Made by a program: the position numbers and the translations under genes. From Octopus sinensis (Eukaryota): a stretch of 64,000 bases of DNA. The DNA is taken from contig NC_043000.1 of NCBI RefSeq assembly GCF_006345805.1, positions 51,770,001 through 51,834,000 on the forward strand, in the 5' to 3' direction. The notes under the pieces were generated by a model. It was not told where the DNA came from, ran no database searches, and was given only the letters and a program-made list of their open reading frames with translations. Shown here one piece after another: positions 1 to 10,752 of the stretch (positions are counted from its first letter, which is position 1; every line of letters begins with the position of its first letter).

Positions 1-115
1 GCGATACATTGTGTTCCTGAGCAGAACACTTCATTTCACATTGTCCTGATCCACTCAGCTGGCAAAAATGAGTAGTCCTGCAATGGACTGACTTCCTGTC
101 TGGTGGGATAGGAAG
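1..115 (+). mobile_element. SINE fragment (family F), truncated at the window start
   Basis: ttgtgttcctgagcagaacacttcatttcacattgtcctgatccactcagctggcaaaaa matches the reverse complement of the body of the 28768-29068 SINE. Confidence 0.6.
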
Positions 116-177
116 CTTGATTCAATACTGCTTGGCATTTTGTCCGACACTATGATTCTACCATCAACCACTGTACC

Positions 178-216
<39 letters not shown>

Positions 217-221
217 GATAT

Positions 222-268
<47 letters not shown>

Positions 269-403
269 TACATATGTTATATATATATATATCATACATA
301 TGTATATATATATATATATACATACTATGTATATATGTGTATATATGTATGATGATGATGATATATTTATATATTCATCCCTGTTTGTATATATATGTAT
401 ATA

Positions 404-445
<42 letters not shown>
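178..445. repeat. Degenerate (TA)n/(TG)n microsatellite
   Basis: Long interrupted TA run; source of several YI-repeat pseudo-ORFs. Confidence 0.95.
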
Positions 446-469
446 GTATCAGGCAAACTGGAGATTCGT

Positions 470-662
470 TTGCATGCCAGGCATAATTGCTTAGTGGCAT
501 TTCATCTGTCTTATGTTCTAAGTCAAATTCTGCCAATGCTGACTTTGCCTTCATCCTTTTTGGGGGTCAATAAAATAAGTACAAATTGAGCACTGGGATC
601 AGTGTAATCGACTTATCCCCCCTTCCTGAAATTGCTGGCCTTGTGCCAAAATTTGAAATCAA
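470..662 (+). mobile_element. SINE family A, degraded copy
   Basis: caaattctgcc...gactttgccttcatcctttttgggggtcaataaaataagtac...ctgggatcagtgtaatcgactt is a diverged version of 22317-22545. Confidence 0.65.
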
Positions 663-1029
663 TACACACACACACAAATATTCTTGCAAAAGCTGTAATG
701 TGAATATATATGTAAAACGCATGCATGTTTGTGTGTGTATATATATATATATACATACATGCACATAGGCAAACACACATGCATATACAATCTACTTTGT
801 TCTGTATTATAAGCAATATAAATGGTAGCACCACGCTATAATCAATAGTATAACAGTTTGTATTTTGCTTGTCTTCTCCACACAAGTAAGTAATCAATTC
901 TCTCCCTCAGTCTGACTTGTCAAGAAATCAAATTGTTATCTTTCCTCCGTTACTCTTGCAGGAAAACCAAATTATTCTTTCGTTCCATCATCCCCATACC
1001 GAGAAAAAAAAAATCAATTCCTTTTTTTG

Positions 1030-1135
1030 TCTGTCTGTCTGTCTCTGTCTATACCTCTGTCTGTCTATTGTCCCTTGCTCTCTCTCTCTCTTTTGCTCTC
1101 TCTCTCTCTCTCTCTCTCTCTTGCTCTCTCTTCCC
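1030..1135. repeat. (CT)n/(CTGT)n simple repeat
   Basis: Directly visible. Confidence 0.9.
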
Positions 1136-1386
1136 CAGTCTTTTCATGAACATGCTTGATGTCTCTTTCTCACCCTGTATACTCACACAGACACACATTT
1201 CTGCACTACATCTCTCTTTCTAATCTTGATCTTCATCTCTGTCTCGCTATCTCACCATTTTCTCTATAAAATAAAGTTGAATCTTACACCCCACTCCATT
1301 ATTCTAATCACATACATTTAACACGAAGTAGAAATCCGAAAACAAGCTATTTCTGTAATTGGCATATATGTGTACATTCTTATATA

Positions 1387-1617
1387 GATTTCTTTACTAC
1401 CCACAAGGGGCTAAACACAGAGAGGACAAACAAGGACAGACAAACAGATTAAGTCGATTACATCGACCCCAGTGCGTAACTGGTACTTAATTTATCGACC
1501 CCGAAAGGATGAAAGGCAAAGTCGACCTTGGCAGAATTTGAACCCAGAACATAATGGCAGACGAAATTCGGCTATGCATTTCGCCCGGTGTGCTAACGTT
1601 TCTGCCAGCTCGCCGCC
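1387..1617 (-). mobile_element. SINE family A, full-length copy with 14-bp TSD
   Basis: Reverse complement has a tRNA-like head (ggcggcgagctggcagaaacgttagc...gggttcaaattctgcc), central gcctttcatcctttcggggtcgataaattaagtaccag and tail agccccttgtgggtagtaaagaaa. Flanks are tacattcttatata (1373-1386) and tatgttcttatata (1618-1631). The central box resembles the MetaSINE domain as I recall it (unverified). Confidence 0.85.
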
Positions 1618-1699
1618 TATGTTCTTATATATGTATAAGTACATGTGTGTGTGTATGAACATTATCCTCCCAAGCACAAGTCCAAGCAAGGTTGTTTAT

Positions 1700-1966
1700 G
1701 GAAGACCAGCAGTACCCCATGCATACCAGCCTTCCCCTCTTCATACCACTGATGTTATCCAAGGGAAAGGATGAAGGCCAATACAGCTTGGCGCCAGTGA
1801 TGTCGCAGCTTGTTTCTTTCTATAGCTGAGTGAATGGGAAATAAAATGAGCAACAAGAAATAAAGAATCTTGCTCAAGCACACAACATACATCCTGGTCT
1901 GTGAGTTGAACTCACTACTCATGACAGTGAGCCCGACACTTAAACCACTGAGCTGTGCACCTTCAC
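1700..1966 (-). mobile_element. tRNA-derived SINE, family F-like head, diverged
   Basis: Reverse complement gtgaaggtgcacagctcagtggtttaagtgtcggg...gtagtgagttcaactc carries A/B-box-like motifs followed by tgtgtgcttgagcaaga. Confidence 0.5.
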
Positions 1967-2275
1967 ACACACATGCGCGCACATACACATACACACACAC
2001 ACACACATAAATATATATATATTTTGGTAGCAAAGTTGACAGTGGTAATGTGCTAATGAAGTTATGCCTAATGTCCTGGCTTATTGTAACCATTTCATAG
2101 AGCATTTAAGTCATATTACACCCCAAGATTAAATTCGTCACTATATGATGTCTTCGAAACATATACATGTATTGCATATATATACTCACATGCTCATACA
2201 CACGCACACACACACACACTCATTCACACATACACACAGACACACACACCCAAACACATAGAGAGAAAAAGATAC

Positions 2276-2430
2276 TGGTATGTATGTCTGTGTGCTAAAA
2301 AGCTTGCTTCTCAACCACTTGGTTCCGGGTTCAGTCCTACTACATTGCACCTTGGGCAGATGACTTCTACAATAGCCCTAAGCTGATCAAAGCCTAAACA
2401 AAAACTGAAAGAAGCCTATCATATATATAT
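2276..2430 (+). mobile_element. SINE family B, 5' half (3' half at about 3015-3250)
   Basis: ggttccgggttcagtcctac...ccttgggcagatgacttctacaatagccc...aactgaaagaagcct followed by (TA)n. Confidence 0.7.
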
Positions 2431-2440
2431 GTTTCGTATA

Positions 2441-2870
2441 CAATAATCCCTCGACTGTTGCGAGTGTTACATTCCAAAACCCCCCGTGATTGGTGAAAAT
2501 CTGTGAAGTAGAAACAGTGTTGTACTGTATTTTTTTAAAAATTATTTTTATAATTTGTATATATTTGTTTTTATATATTTAAGCTTTTATAAACTCTCCC
2601 TACACTCTTAGGAGTACTTGTGTCTTCTCTTTTTTGTGGGTGAGGAACATAGTGATGGGTAGTTGCTGGCACTGCCATTTCTTTTGTGTGAAGATGTTTT
2701 TATAAACCCCATGACTCCATCGATTGCATTTGTGAACTGCAACGCACAAATCAATCTGGGAGTCCCAATTTTCCACCATTCTCTGAAGTACTTTTGCTCT
2801 TTTTCTAGTGATAGGCCAGGGTCACCTGGGTCATCATTACCGCCACCTGTAAACTTGCTGTACAGAGTGT
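2441..2870 (-). mobile_element. Tigger/pogo-like DNA transposon remnant (one terminus plus internal relic)
   Basis: TA at 2439-2440 then caataatccctcg...gttacattccaaaacccccgtga...gaaaatctgtgaagtag, the terminus style of pogo/Tigger elements. The minus strand reads HTLYSKFTGGGNDDPGDPGLS. Second terminus not found. Confidence 0.5.
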
Positions 2871-3014
2871 GAGAGAACAGTCACCATATTTCATTCCATA
2901 TCAGCTACCTCTGATGGGTGTAGTTTTACATAATCAGATTGTTACTTAACACTCCATTGAATCCCTAGCGTGAGACCAATTGGCCATAATGGATATATAA
3001 TGCTCTACACTCAT

Positions 3015-3250
3015 ATATATACATGGGTGTGTCTGAGTTTGTGTTTGTCTCCCAACACTGTTGTTGGTTTGTTTACATTCCCATAATTTATAGGTTTGGT
3101 AAAAAGAGAATGATAAAATAAGTACCAGGCATAGAAAAAAAAAAAAGAAAAAAAGAAGTACTGGGGCAATTTGTTCAAGTAAAATCCTCAAGGTGGTGTC
3201 CCTGCATGGCTGCAGTCTAATGACTGAAACAAGTGAAAGAATAAAAGAAT
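3015..3250 (+). mobile_element. SINE family B, 3' half
   Basis: gtgtttgtctccc...gataaaataagtaccagg...gcatggctgcagtctaatgactgaaacaagtgaaagaata, the family B tail. Confidence 0.7.
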
Positions 3251-4478
3251 ATATATAATTGGAGACAGAAATAAACAAATAACTCTAGAGGCCTGATTTG
3301 TGTCAAGCTCTTTTTTTTTATATGCCTATAAAGTATACAAATACTTGTAATTATCTGAAAGCTTCTCAGAACTAAAGTAGATTACAAATCGCAGAAGCTA
3401 TTCTAATGAAATTTATATTTGCCATTTATCCAGAGACAAATAGCAGGTGACAAACACTAATACTTTTTCAGTCAGAAATACTAGTAAAATAACTCATATA
3501 AAGTAACCAATTACTATTGGCCAAACTAGTTACACTCAGATAAAGTACTAATTTGATTTGTACAGCATTCTATTATCTACATATAAATCTATTTCGGGTT
3601 TTTTTTTTTCTTTTTAATGTAATAAGTGTGGCATAAGAGACCAGATATTACCGTTTGCTTTAGTAGAAAGCTGTGTTCATGTGGAATAATTTGATTCTTC
3701 ACCTCTGTATAAGTGTCTCTCACCTTAGAACCTTGTTCTTATTATTTTACCCAGTCCTTTATGCTGTGAACTCTGACAATCTGTGAGTCATTCCAAGTTC
3801 ACATTGTTGTTATTATTTAACCCCAAGCCAGTCCTGTTGAGTATTACTGTAATCAAATGCATTTTGCCATGTCCACACCTTTGTTATTATTAACATTTTT
3901 AAAGAAATTGTGCTCCCTTGACTTTTAAGAGGGTGTGGCATGGTTTTAATGAGATTTAGGTACTTTTTCTAACAGGCAGAACAACCATGGTGAGACCCCT
4001 CTCATTTGCCAGCTTATTCTATAGGCCCCAACCTTTAGAAATTCAAGCAGAACTTTACCTTCATTGATCTTAAGAATCTGACAAGATTTGAAATGTCTTT
4101 GAGTACTTCCCCATCTACTGACTTAGTTATCAAGGAAAAATGATTAATCGACAAATAACTAAAGAAATTTTATATAGATCTTTCTACTTATTTGAAAAAT
4201 GTAAAGGTGTGGCACAGTGGTTGTGATTTAGAAGACAGGTTTTTAATCACATTGTCATCAGATAAAACCATGTGGTAACCTGTATGTTATAGACACACTG
4301 AATGAAGAGTTAAGTCTGCTGATGTCAGATTTTCTTGCATATAACAGATATCATTCCTTTTGCAAGGTTATTGTAAATCCTCATGTCATTTCTGATCTTG
4401 TAGACCTATGATCAAAGTGTGTCCAGTCATGACCATCAGGTATTACAGTGTCTAATGTGTCTTTTTTTTTTCTGTTAA

Positions 4479-4683
4479 CCCTTTCATTACCAACCCGGCT
4501 GAAAACGGCTCTGGCTCTTGTTTTTACAAGTTTTGAATTAAAATCTTCCATCAAACTTTAGTCACAATTTATGTTCCTGACACTAGCTTAATGATAACTA
4601 AGTTATTTTACTAATTCTTTGTTATATTTAAAGTAATTATAAGAAACACAGAGCATCTCAAAATAAATACAGTAACGAAAGTA
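4479..4683. mobile_element. piggyBac-type MITE, family P1
   Basis: TTAA (4475-4478) + ccctttcattacc ... agtaacgaaagta + TTAA (4684-4687); reverse-complement copy at 40325-40545. Confidence 0.8.
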
Positions 4684-5425
4684 TTAAAGAGGATTTGTGA
4701 TTTGTGGGACTTTTACAGTTGTGCAAGTTGGCTAAAAACCTATTCCAACCATTTTAATGGTGGCAAATGAAGTTGAAATGAATGTAAAAATAAATATATA
4801 TATGAATTGATAAATGAATAATCTTCAGCAACAAAATTAAATAGAATATATAAATATATTATTGGAAAAAATAGATATATTTTATGCATTAGCATTATTT
4901 ATATATATTTCAAAAATTTCTCTAAAGATATTCTAACTAAATTACTTTGCCCATTTAAAGAAGGCTTAAAAAATAAGATCAAGCAAAGAATAATTTTATG
5001 AAGGAGATCAGATTTAAATGTTCCATTTCATATTTCCATAGAATTTTTGATATTAAAAAAAATTTTATGATTCATAAAATTTTGGTGTTAGGGTTGTTTT
5101 TTTCTTTATTTGCATATGTGTGTATTTTATTATTATTATTATTAACTGGAACTAGCTAATCAGCAAACCAACCAACCAAGTAGAAAACATCTTGGAATAT
5201 TTCACACTCAGCTCAAAAGTATTTTAAAAGCATTGTATCAAATAAAGTTTATAATATTATATGATACTCTTTGAAATATTGATGCTGATACGTAGATCAA
5301 AAATCACTGATACACACACAATCCCGGATACAGAAAATAATTGTAATCAAAGTGTCATTGTTTGTTGGATGGGAGTGAGTGGGTGTCAGAAGCTCAATCA
5401 TCGACAGTAGTGAATAATTCAGTGT

Positions 5426-5610
5426 CATTTAACATCCTCCTCCTCCTCCTCCTCACCATCATCATCATCACTACCATTATCCATCACCACCCCCACTGAC
5501 GCCATCATCACCACCACAATTATCATTGTTGTCTATACTATTATTATTATTATTATTACTATTATTATTATTGTTGTTGTTGTTTGCAGTAGCACCAGCA
5601 GTAGTAGTAA
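5426..5610. repeat. Compound trinucleotide repeat (CCT/CAT/ATT/GTT/GTA)
   Basis: Directly visible. Confidence 0.9.
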
Positions 5611-6624
5611 TCGAAAGGAAATATTTCTCAGTTGTAAAAAAAAAAAACAAATTGGATATTGCATTTCAGAATTTTAAACTTCTCAACGTATTTCCTTCAT
5701 TTAGTTCCACCCCCTCTCTCCCCCACCCACCATTAGATGTTATTGTATTTCTTTTCCTCATCTCTCTTCATCTCTTGTGTCGTCACTTGAGCAGTTCTTC
5801 AATTACAATGGTAAAGATTGGTAATAATTGTATAGATGAGATGTTGTTTCCTGCTTGATCAATTCCAGAGATTGCCATGGTTTCTTCATCGTGTTTATGG
5901 ACTCGTGTGAAACTTTGAATTTCAACTGCGGCTTCTCTTTCACTTTTGACGTGTTTGAATTCATAACAGATTTTTTTAATATTTTTTTATTTGTTTTATT
6001 ATCATTGCTCATAACCACCAACCCATTTTGCTTTTTTTTTTTTTTTTCCTATTTTTAAAAACAATTTTTCTTCTTGAAACTCATTGTCAGTTAGTTCCTA
6101 TTTAGGAAATCGGGATCGGGGTGGGGGGGTCTATATTGAACTTCATGTGCTCATATGAAATGGGGTGGGGTGGAGGGTGGAGGATGGAACAAACTAAATA
6201 TCCAGAAGAAGAACGAATAAAAATATACGGGAAAAATACTAAGTACATATATATATATATATATATGTACTTACACACACACATGCATATACATACATAT
6301 ACTAATATACACACAAGCACATACTCACACACATGCATACGTAAAATGAACTATTAAAAACAATTTTTACCCTGTTGCTGATGTATAATTCTCACAATTA
6401 CTGATTTATTTGATCTTTTTAAAAATTTGACATAACCACATCATTACTTTCACTGATTTCATGTAAGAGATTCTTTTTTTTTTGTGTGTGTGTGTGTGTA
6501 AAAAAAAAAATTTAATTTACTATAATTGCTTTAACTTCAACTTCATCAATATTTATGTTCATTATTATTTTTGTTATTGTTCGAAATTATTCTTGTTAGC
6601 GTTAGAAATCATCGTTTGCATTAG

Positions 6625-6668
<44 letters not shown>

Positions 6669-6852
6669 ATTATTATCATCATCATCATCATCATCATCAT
6701 CGTCATCATCATCATTATTAGTTTTATTATTGGTAGTAGTAGTAGTAGTATTAGTAGTAGTAGTAATTATACTACTACTAGTAGTAGTAGTAGTAATATT
6801 TTAAACATCACTGACACCACCAGCACCACTCACAACAACAACAACAACAACA
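6625..6852. repeat. Compound trinucleotide repeat (TAT, CAT, TAG/CTA, CAA)
   Basis: Directly visible. Confidence 0.9.
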
Positions 6853-7197
6853 GATTTAATTTTATCATTATCATTTTTCTTCTGTTCTATTCGCTCTAAG
6901 AATTATATGGGCTCTTAATTGAATCAGGTATTTGTTTCAAATTCGATGTTCAAAGATCGACTTTGTTGTCACCTTTCATTAATATCAATTAATCATATTC
7001 ATACCACTAGCTTTGCTTGTTTAGGCTCTGCAAGCGTTACTGTTCTTTGTCGGGTTATGATTATCTTATATGTATAAAACAAAAACGGTGAAAATGCAAA
7101 ATCATGCATCTACTCTCCCTGAATATAATTTTACACAAAAACTAAGAAACATACAGTACATACATGCATGTATTCAAATACATTATCTTCTACCCCA

Positions 7198-7237
<40 letters not shown>

Positions 7238-7380
7238 GGACCTTGAACCCACAAGAGTAAACAAGAGAGACAGAGAAAGGCAGAAACAAGGGAAATGCCA
7301 CTTATATTTGAACACTATACAAATATTCTTTTAAAAAAAACTTTTCTTTTAATTTTTCTAAATTTAATTTTTAATTGTTA

Positions 7381-7420
7381 CAATTAAAAAGGTCTCAAAT
7401 GACCGAAACCGGTACTGAAA
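7381..7420 (+). other. Decayed hammerhead-like motif (Penelope type), core eroded
   Basis: GGTC-tcaaat-GACC hairpin, then GAAA, palindromic ACCGGT and GTA triplet; the CUGANGA position reads ttaaaaa. Confidence 0.4.
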
Positions 7421-7467
7421 TGTTCTTTATAAAATTATTTTAGCATTTTCTATCTTGACTTGTTTTT

Positions 7468-7485
7468 TCATATATATATATATAT

Positions 7486-7554
<69 letters not shown>

Positions 7555-7723
7555 TATGTATGTAATATGTGTATATATATATATGTATGTTGTATATATA
7601 TATATATATTATGTATATATTATATATATATATTATGTATGTATATATATATATATATATGCACGTGTACATGTACGCATATTCATATGTGTGCATTTAT
7701 AAATATACATATATATTTTTATA

Positions 7724-7762
<39 letters not shown>
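7468..7762. repeat. (TA)n/(TG)n compound microsatellite
   Basis: Directly visible. Confidence 0.95.
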
Positions 7763-7764
<2 letters not shown>

Positions 7765-7872
7765 ATAGATTAGGAGAACTGAGATTTACATATCCATGTT
7801 TTAATATACAGTTGATCACATCTTTCCATGTCAGTACCTACATATATACATAGTCATATTTATATATATATA

Positions 7873-8093
7873 TCATCGTTATCATCATAATCATCGTCAT
7901 CGCTTAACATCCACTTTCCATGCTAGCGTGGTTTGGATGATTTGGCTGAGGACTGGCGAACCAGATGGCTGCACCAGGCTCCAATCAGATCTGGCAGAGT
8001 TTCTACAGCTGGATGCCTTTCCTAATACCAACCACTCCAAGAGTGTAGTGGGTGCTTTTACGTGCCACTGGCACAAGGGCCAGTCTGGCAGTT
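7873..8093 (-). mobile_element. Family C retroposon (tail ...ggacgttaaatgatgatg), 3' part
   Basis: Reverse complement of the 3' part of 38129-38574. Confidence 0.8.
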
Positions 8094-8100
8094 TTATATA

Positions 8101-8265
8101 TATAGTGAGAATTCATGAAATAAACAAAAGATGAAAACAAGTGGTGTAGAAAACAAACAAATGTATTAGCATAACACTCGGGAATAGAAAAAGTCTTTAA
8201 TGTTTCGAGCCTATGCTCTTCCACAGAAAGGAACACAGAAAGAAACAAGGAGAGAAAAAAAATTG
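8101..8265 (-). mobile_element. Family D repeat carrying a hammerhead-like motif (probable Penelope-like element remnant)
   Basis: Homologous to 21062-21232 and 36345-36502; the minus strand reads cttt-CTGTGGA-A-GAGCatagGCTC-GAAAC-ATT-aaag. Confidence 0.65.
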
Positions 8266-9143
8266 TGTGTAATGGCTATGGATCTATATATCAGCGTGAC
8301 GTAGAATGTGACTGCATCGGACAAAATGCATAGTGATATTTCTTCCGGTTATATATATATATATATAATTCTCATCATTTAGGTTCACATTTCATGCTGG
8401 CATGGGTTGGATGGTTTGACAGGAACCAACATGTCGGAAAACTCCAATGTCTCTTTTGGCAAGTTTCCTGCAGCTGGTTGCCCTACCTAATACCAACCAT
8501 TTTACAGAGTGTGCTAGTAGCCTCTTCATGTCAACACCACTAGTGAGGTCACCGAGTAGCCCACAAAATAAGCCTTTTGACTGAGGGAGTATTGAGGGAG
8601 AGGTGTGTATGTATGTGTGTCAGCATTAGTTAGACATAACTTGATTGTAAAGTGTGCAGAAGAAAGTCACCTACTTTCAAATAGGTTTGACAGAAGCCAT
8701 TTCCTCTTCATGTCCTGATTATGTTGCTGAGATAGTCTGGAAATGTCAATTTAAACGAATTTAGGAACTTTATTTATTTTGTTATTTCATTGTATATATG
8801 GTCCAACCCAAGCCAGTATGGGAAATGGATGTTTCCCAACCAATGTGAGTATGGGAAATGGACGTTAAATGAGGATGATATATATTTGTGTGTGTCTTTA
8901 AGTAATATGTGTGTATGTAAACATATGTATGTATATATGTATATATATATGTGTGTGTGTGTGTGTATATATGTATATATATATGTGTCTGTGTGCATGA
9001 TATGTGGTTGTAAAGTATATAAAAAATATTATTTACTTAGTGGAAGCATTATTTAGTATAGCATTCAATGTGAGGTAGATTGGTTTAATGTATGTATTAT
9101 ATCAAAAGTTGGCAGACTTGTGTGTGTGTCTGTGTGTTTATAC

Positions 9144-9385
9144 AGATAGATAGATAAGTTTCTTTATTGGCCACACAGGGCTGCACACAGATGGGACAAG
9201 TTACAAGGTAGAGCTTTTCTTTTGGGGGATGAAAAAAACAAAAAACAAAAGAAAAAAAAAGGGGTGGCATAGGTTTTCGATCAAGAAAAGGGAAGAAAAG
9301 AACAAAAAAAAAAGAAATAAATAAAATAAAAAATAAAAAGAATAAAATGAAAAAAAAAGAAAAGGAAAAGGAACAAAAGAAAAGA
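9144..9385 (-). mobile_element. Probable LINE 3' UTR end, sharing its tail with SINE family A
   Basis: Minus strand: T-rich tract, then cttgtaacttgtcccatctgtgtgcagccctgtgtggccaataaagaaa and an (ATCT)n tail. Confidence 0.55.
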
Positions 9386-9416
9386 TAGATAGATAGATAG
9401 ATGCATAGATAGATGC

Positions 9417-9452
<36 letters not shown>

Positions 9453-10435
9453 CTATGTAGGTAGGTAGGTAGGCAGGCAGGCAGGCAGATAGGTATAGAT
9501 ATGTATATATAACAAATTGTGGAATATTTGTAATAAATAGCATCTATGGGAACAGAAGCGTACATTATTGAATAAATATTTCTGTTTTTTTTCTCTTTCT
9601 CTATATCTACTTTTGACAAAATTCTACAACGTTTGAAAAAGGATTTTTCCCTGCCTCCTGCGGTTTGCTTTGAACACTTTGAAATTATTCCTTTCCCTTT
9701 CTTTCCATTTCCTCCACCACATCATCTCTCTCGTGCTTTATGTAAATCACTGTTCTCATCACTGCTGCCATTGTTGTCATCATTATATATGCAAATCATC
9801 ATCATCATTATCAACATCAACATCAATGTAAATCATCAGTGCCAATTAGATTCGTTATCTACAAAAAAGAAATCATCAAAAGTGGTCTTCATTTTCTTGG
9901 TCATCCTTTCTTCCTCTTCATTTTTCTTATCATGATTATCATTAATCATTATCATTAATTCTTCTGAATGATTTTTGTATCATCATCATCATCATCATCA
10001 TCATCATGAACCTCATCATCATTTATATATCACAAGTTGGATACTTCAATAAGAAATATATTTCAAATAGAAATATTTCATTCTTTGACAGGAAATCTGA
10101 CTTATGGTGTTAATGAGTATTTATAATTAGTGATTTATGATGTACAGATTGCACAAAAGTGTTTCATCATGTGTCCGTGATCCAGAATGTATCCAATATC
10201 TGTTGAAACTATCACCATCATTTTCATACCAACTTTTCTATGCTTCCAAGGATCAATTGGTATTTGTTCAGGCAGATTTTCTACAGCAGTATACCCTTCT
10301 TATCTCTATTTTTCATCTGTTTCCAACTAAGGTAATAATTCCTCTTGGCCAAACAGGGTTTTATGGAAGATTGGAAATGAAGGACACTGCTTGTACGATG
10401 GTGACACTTGTTAACAACTATCATGTGATATGAAG

Positions 10436-10752
10436 ACAAGGAGATACAAACACCCACATAACCATACAGGCCTCTTTCAGTTTCTGTCAACTAAATCCAC
10501 TCAGTAACTGCAAAAATCCTTGTAATTATTCACAGTTGCTTTTTGAAATTCATGGATAAATACAAAATAAAAAGAAAATAAGGGTACCTTTTTTTGTCTA
10601 GTAACAACTTCCTTTTCTAGTTGTCATTTTTTACTCATCATCCCAGAACTATAGTAGAAAACACTAAGCCGAGGTGCTATGCTGTGGGACTGAACCTAAG
10701 ACCATGAGTTTAGGAAGCAAAATTCTCAACCACACAGCCATGTCTGCACCTA
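10436..10752 (-). mobile_element. SINE family B, degraded and interrupted
   Basis: ctttcagtttctg...aaatccactc and gggactgaacc...aaccacacagccatgtctgcaccta are the reverse complement of the family B head and body. Confidence 0.55.

Larger units (their letters stand above)
5290..7100. promoter_or_regulatory. CpG-retaining unique block, candidate promoter/5'UTR or enhancer
   Basis: Roughly two dozen CpGs by eye in non-SINE sequence, versus very few in comparable unique stretches such as 12.3-16 kb; CRE half-sites cgtca (about 5781) and tgacgt (about 5948); G-rich tract at 6110-6185. Confidence 0.35.

Noticed and set aside
5803-6021. Minus-strand 72-aa ORF (MVVMSNDNKTNKKILKK...)
   Set aside because: K/N-rich because it is antisense to a T-rich tract; starts at a non-ATG codon, has no recognisable domain and no good splice sites.
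6482-6624. Hydrophobic frame ...SKLFLLALEIIVCIR ending at attag|gtatta, as a signal-peptide exon
   Set aside because: No in-frame ATG (TAA at 6464-6466), and it ends in phase 2, which does not fit the phase-1 start of the CUB exon.
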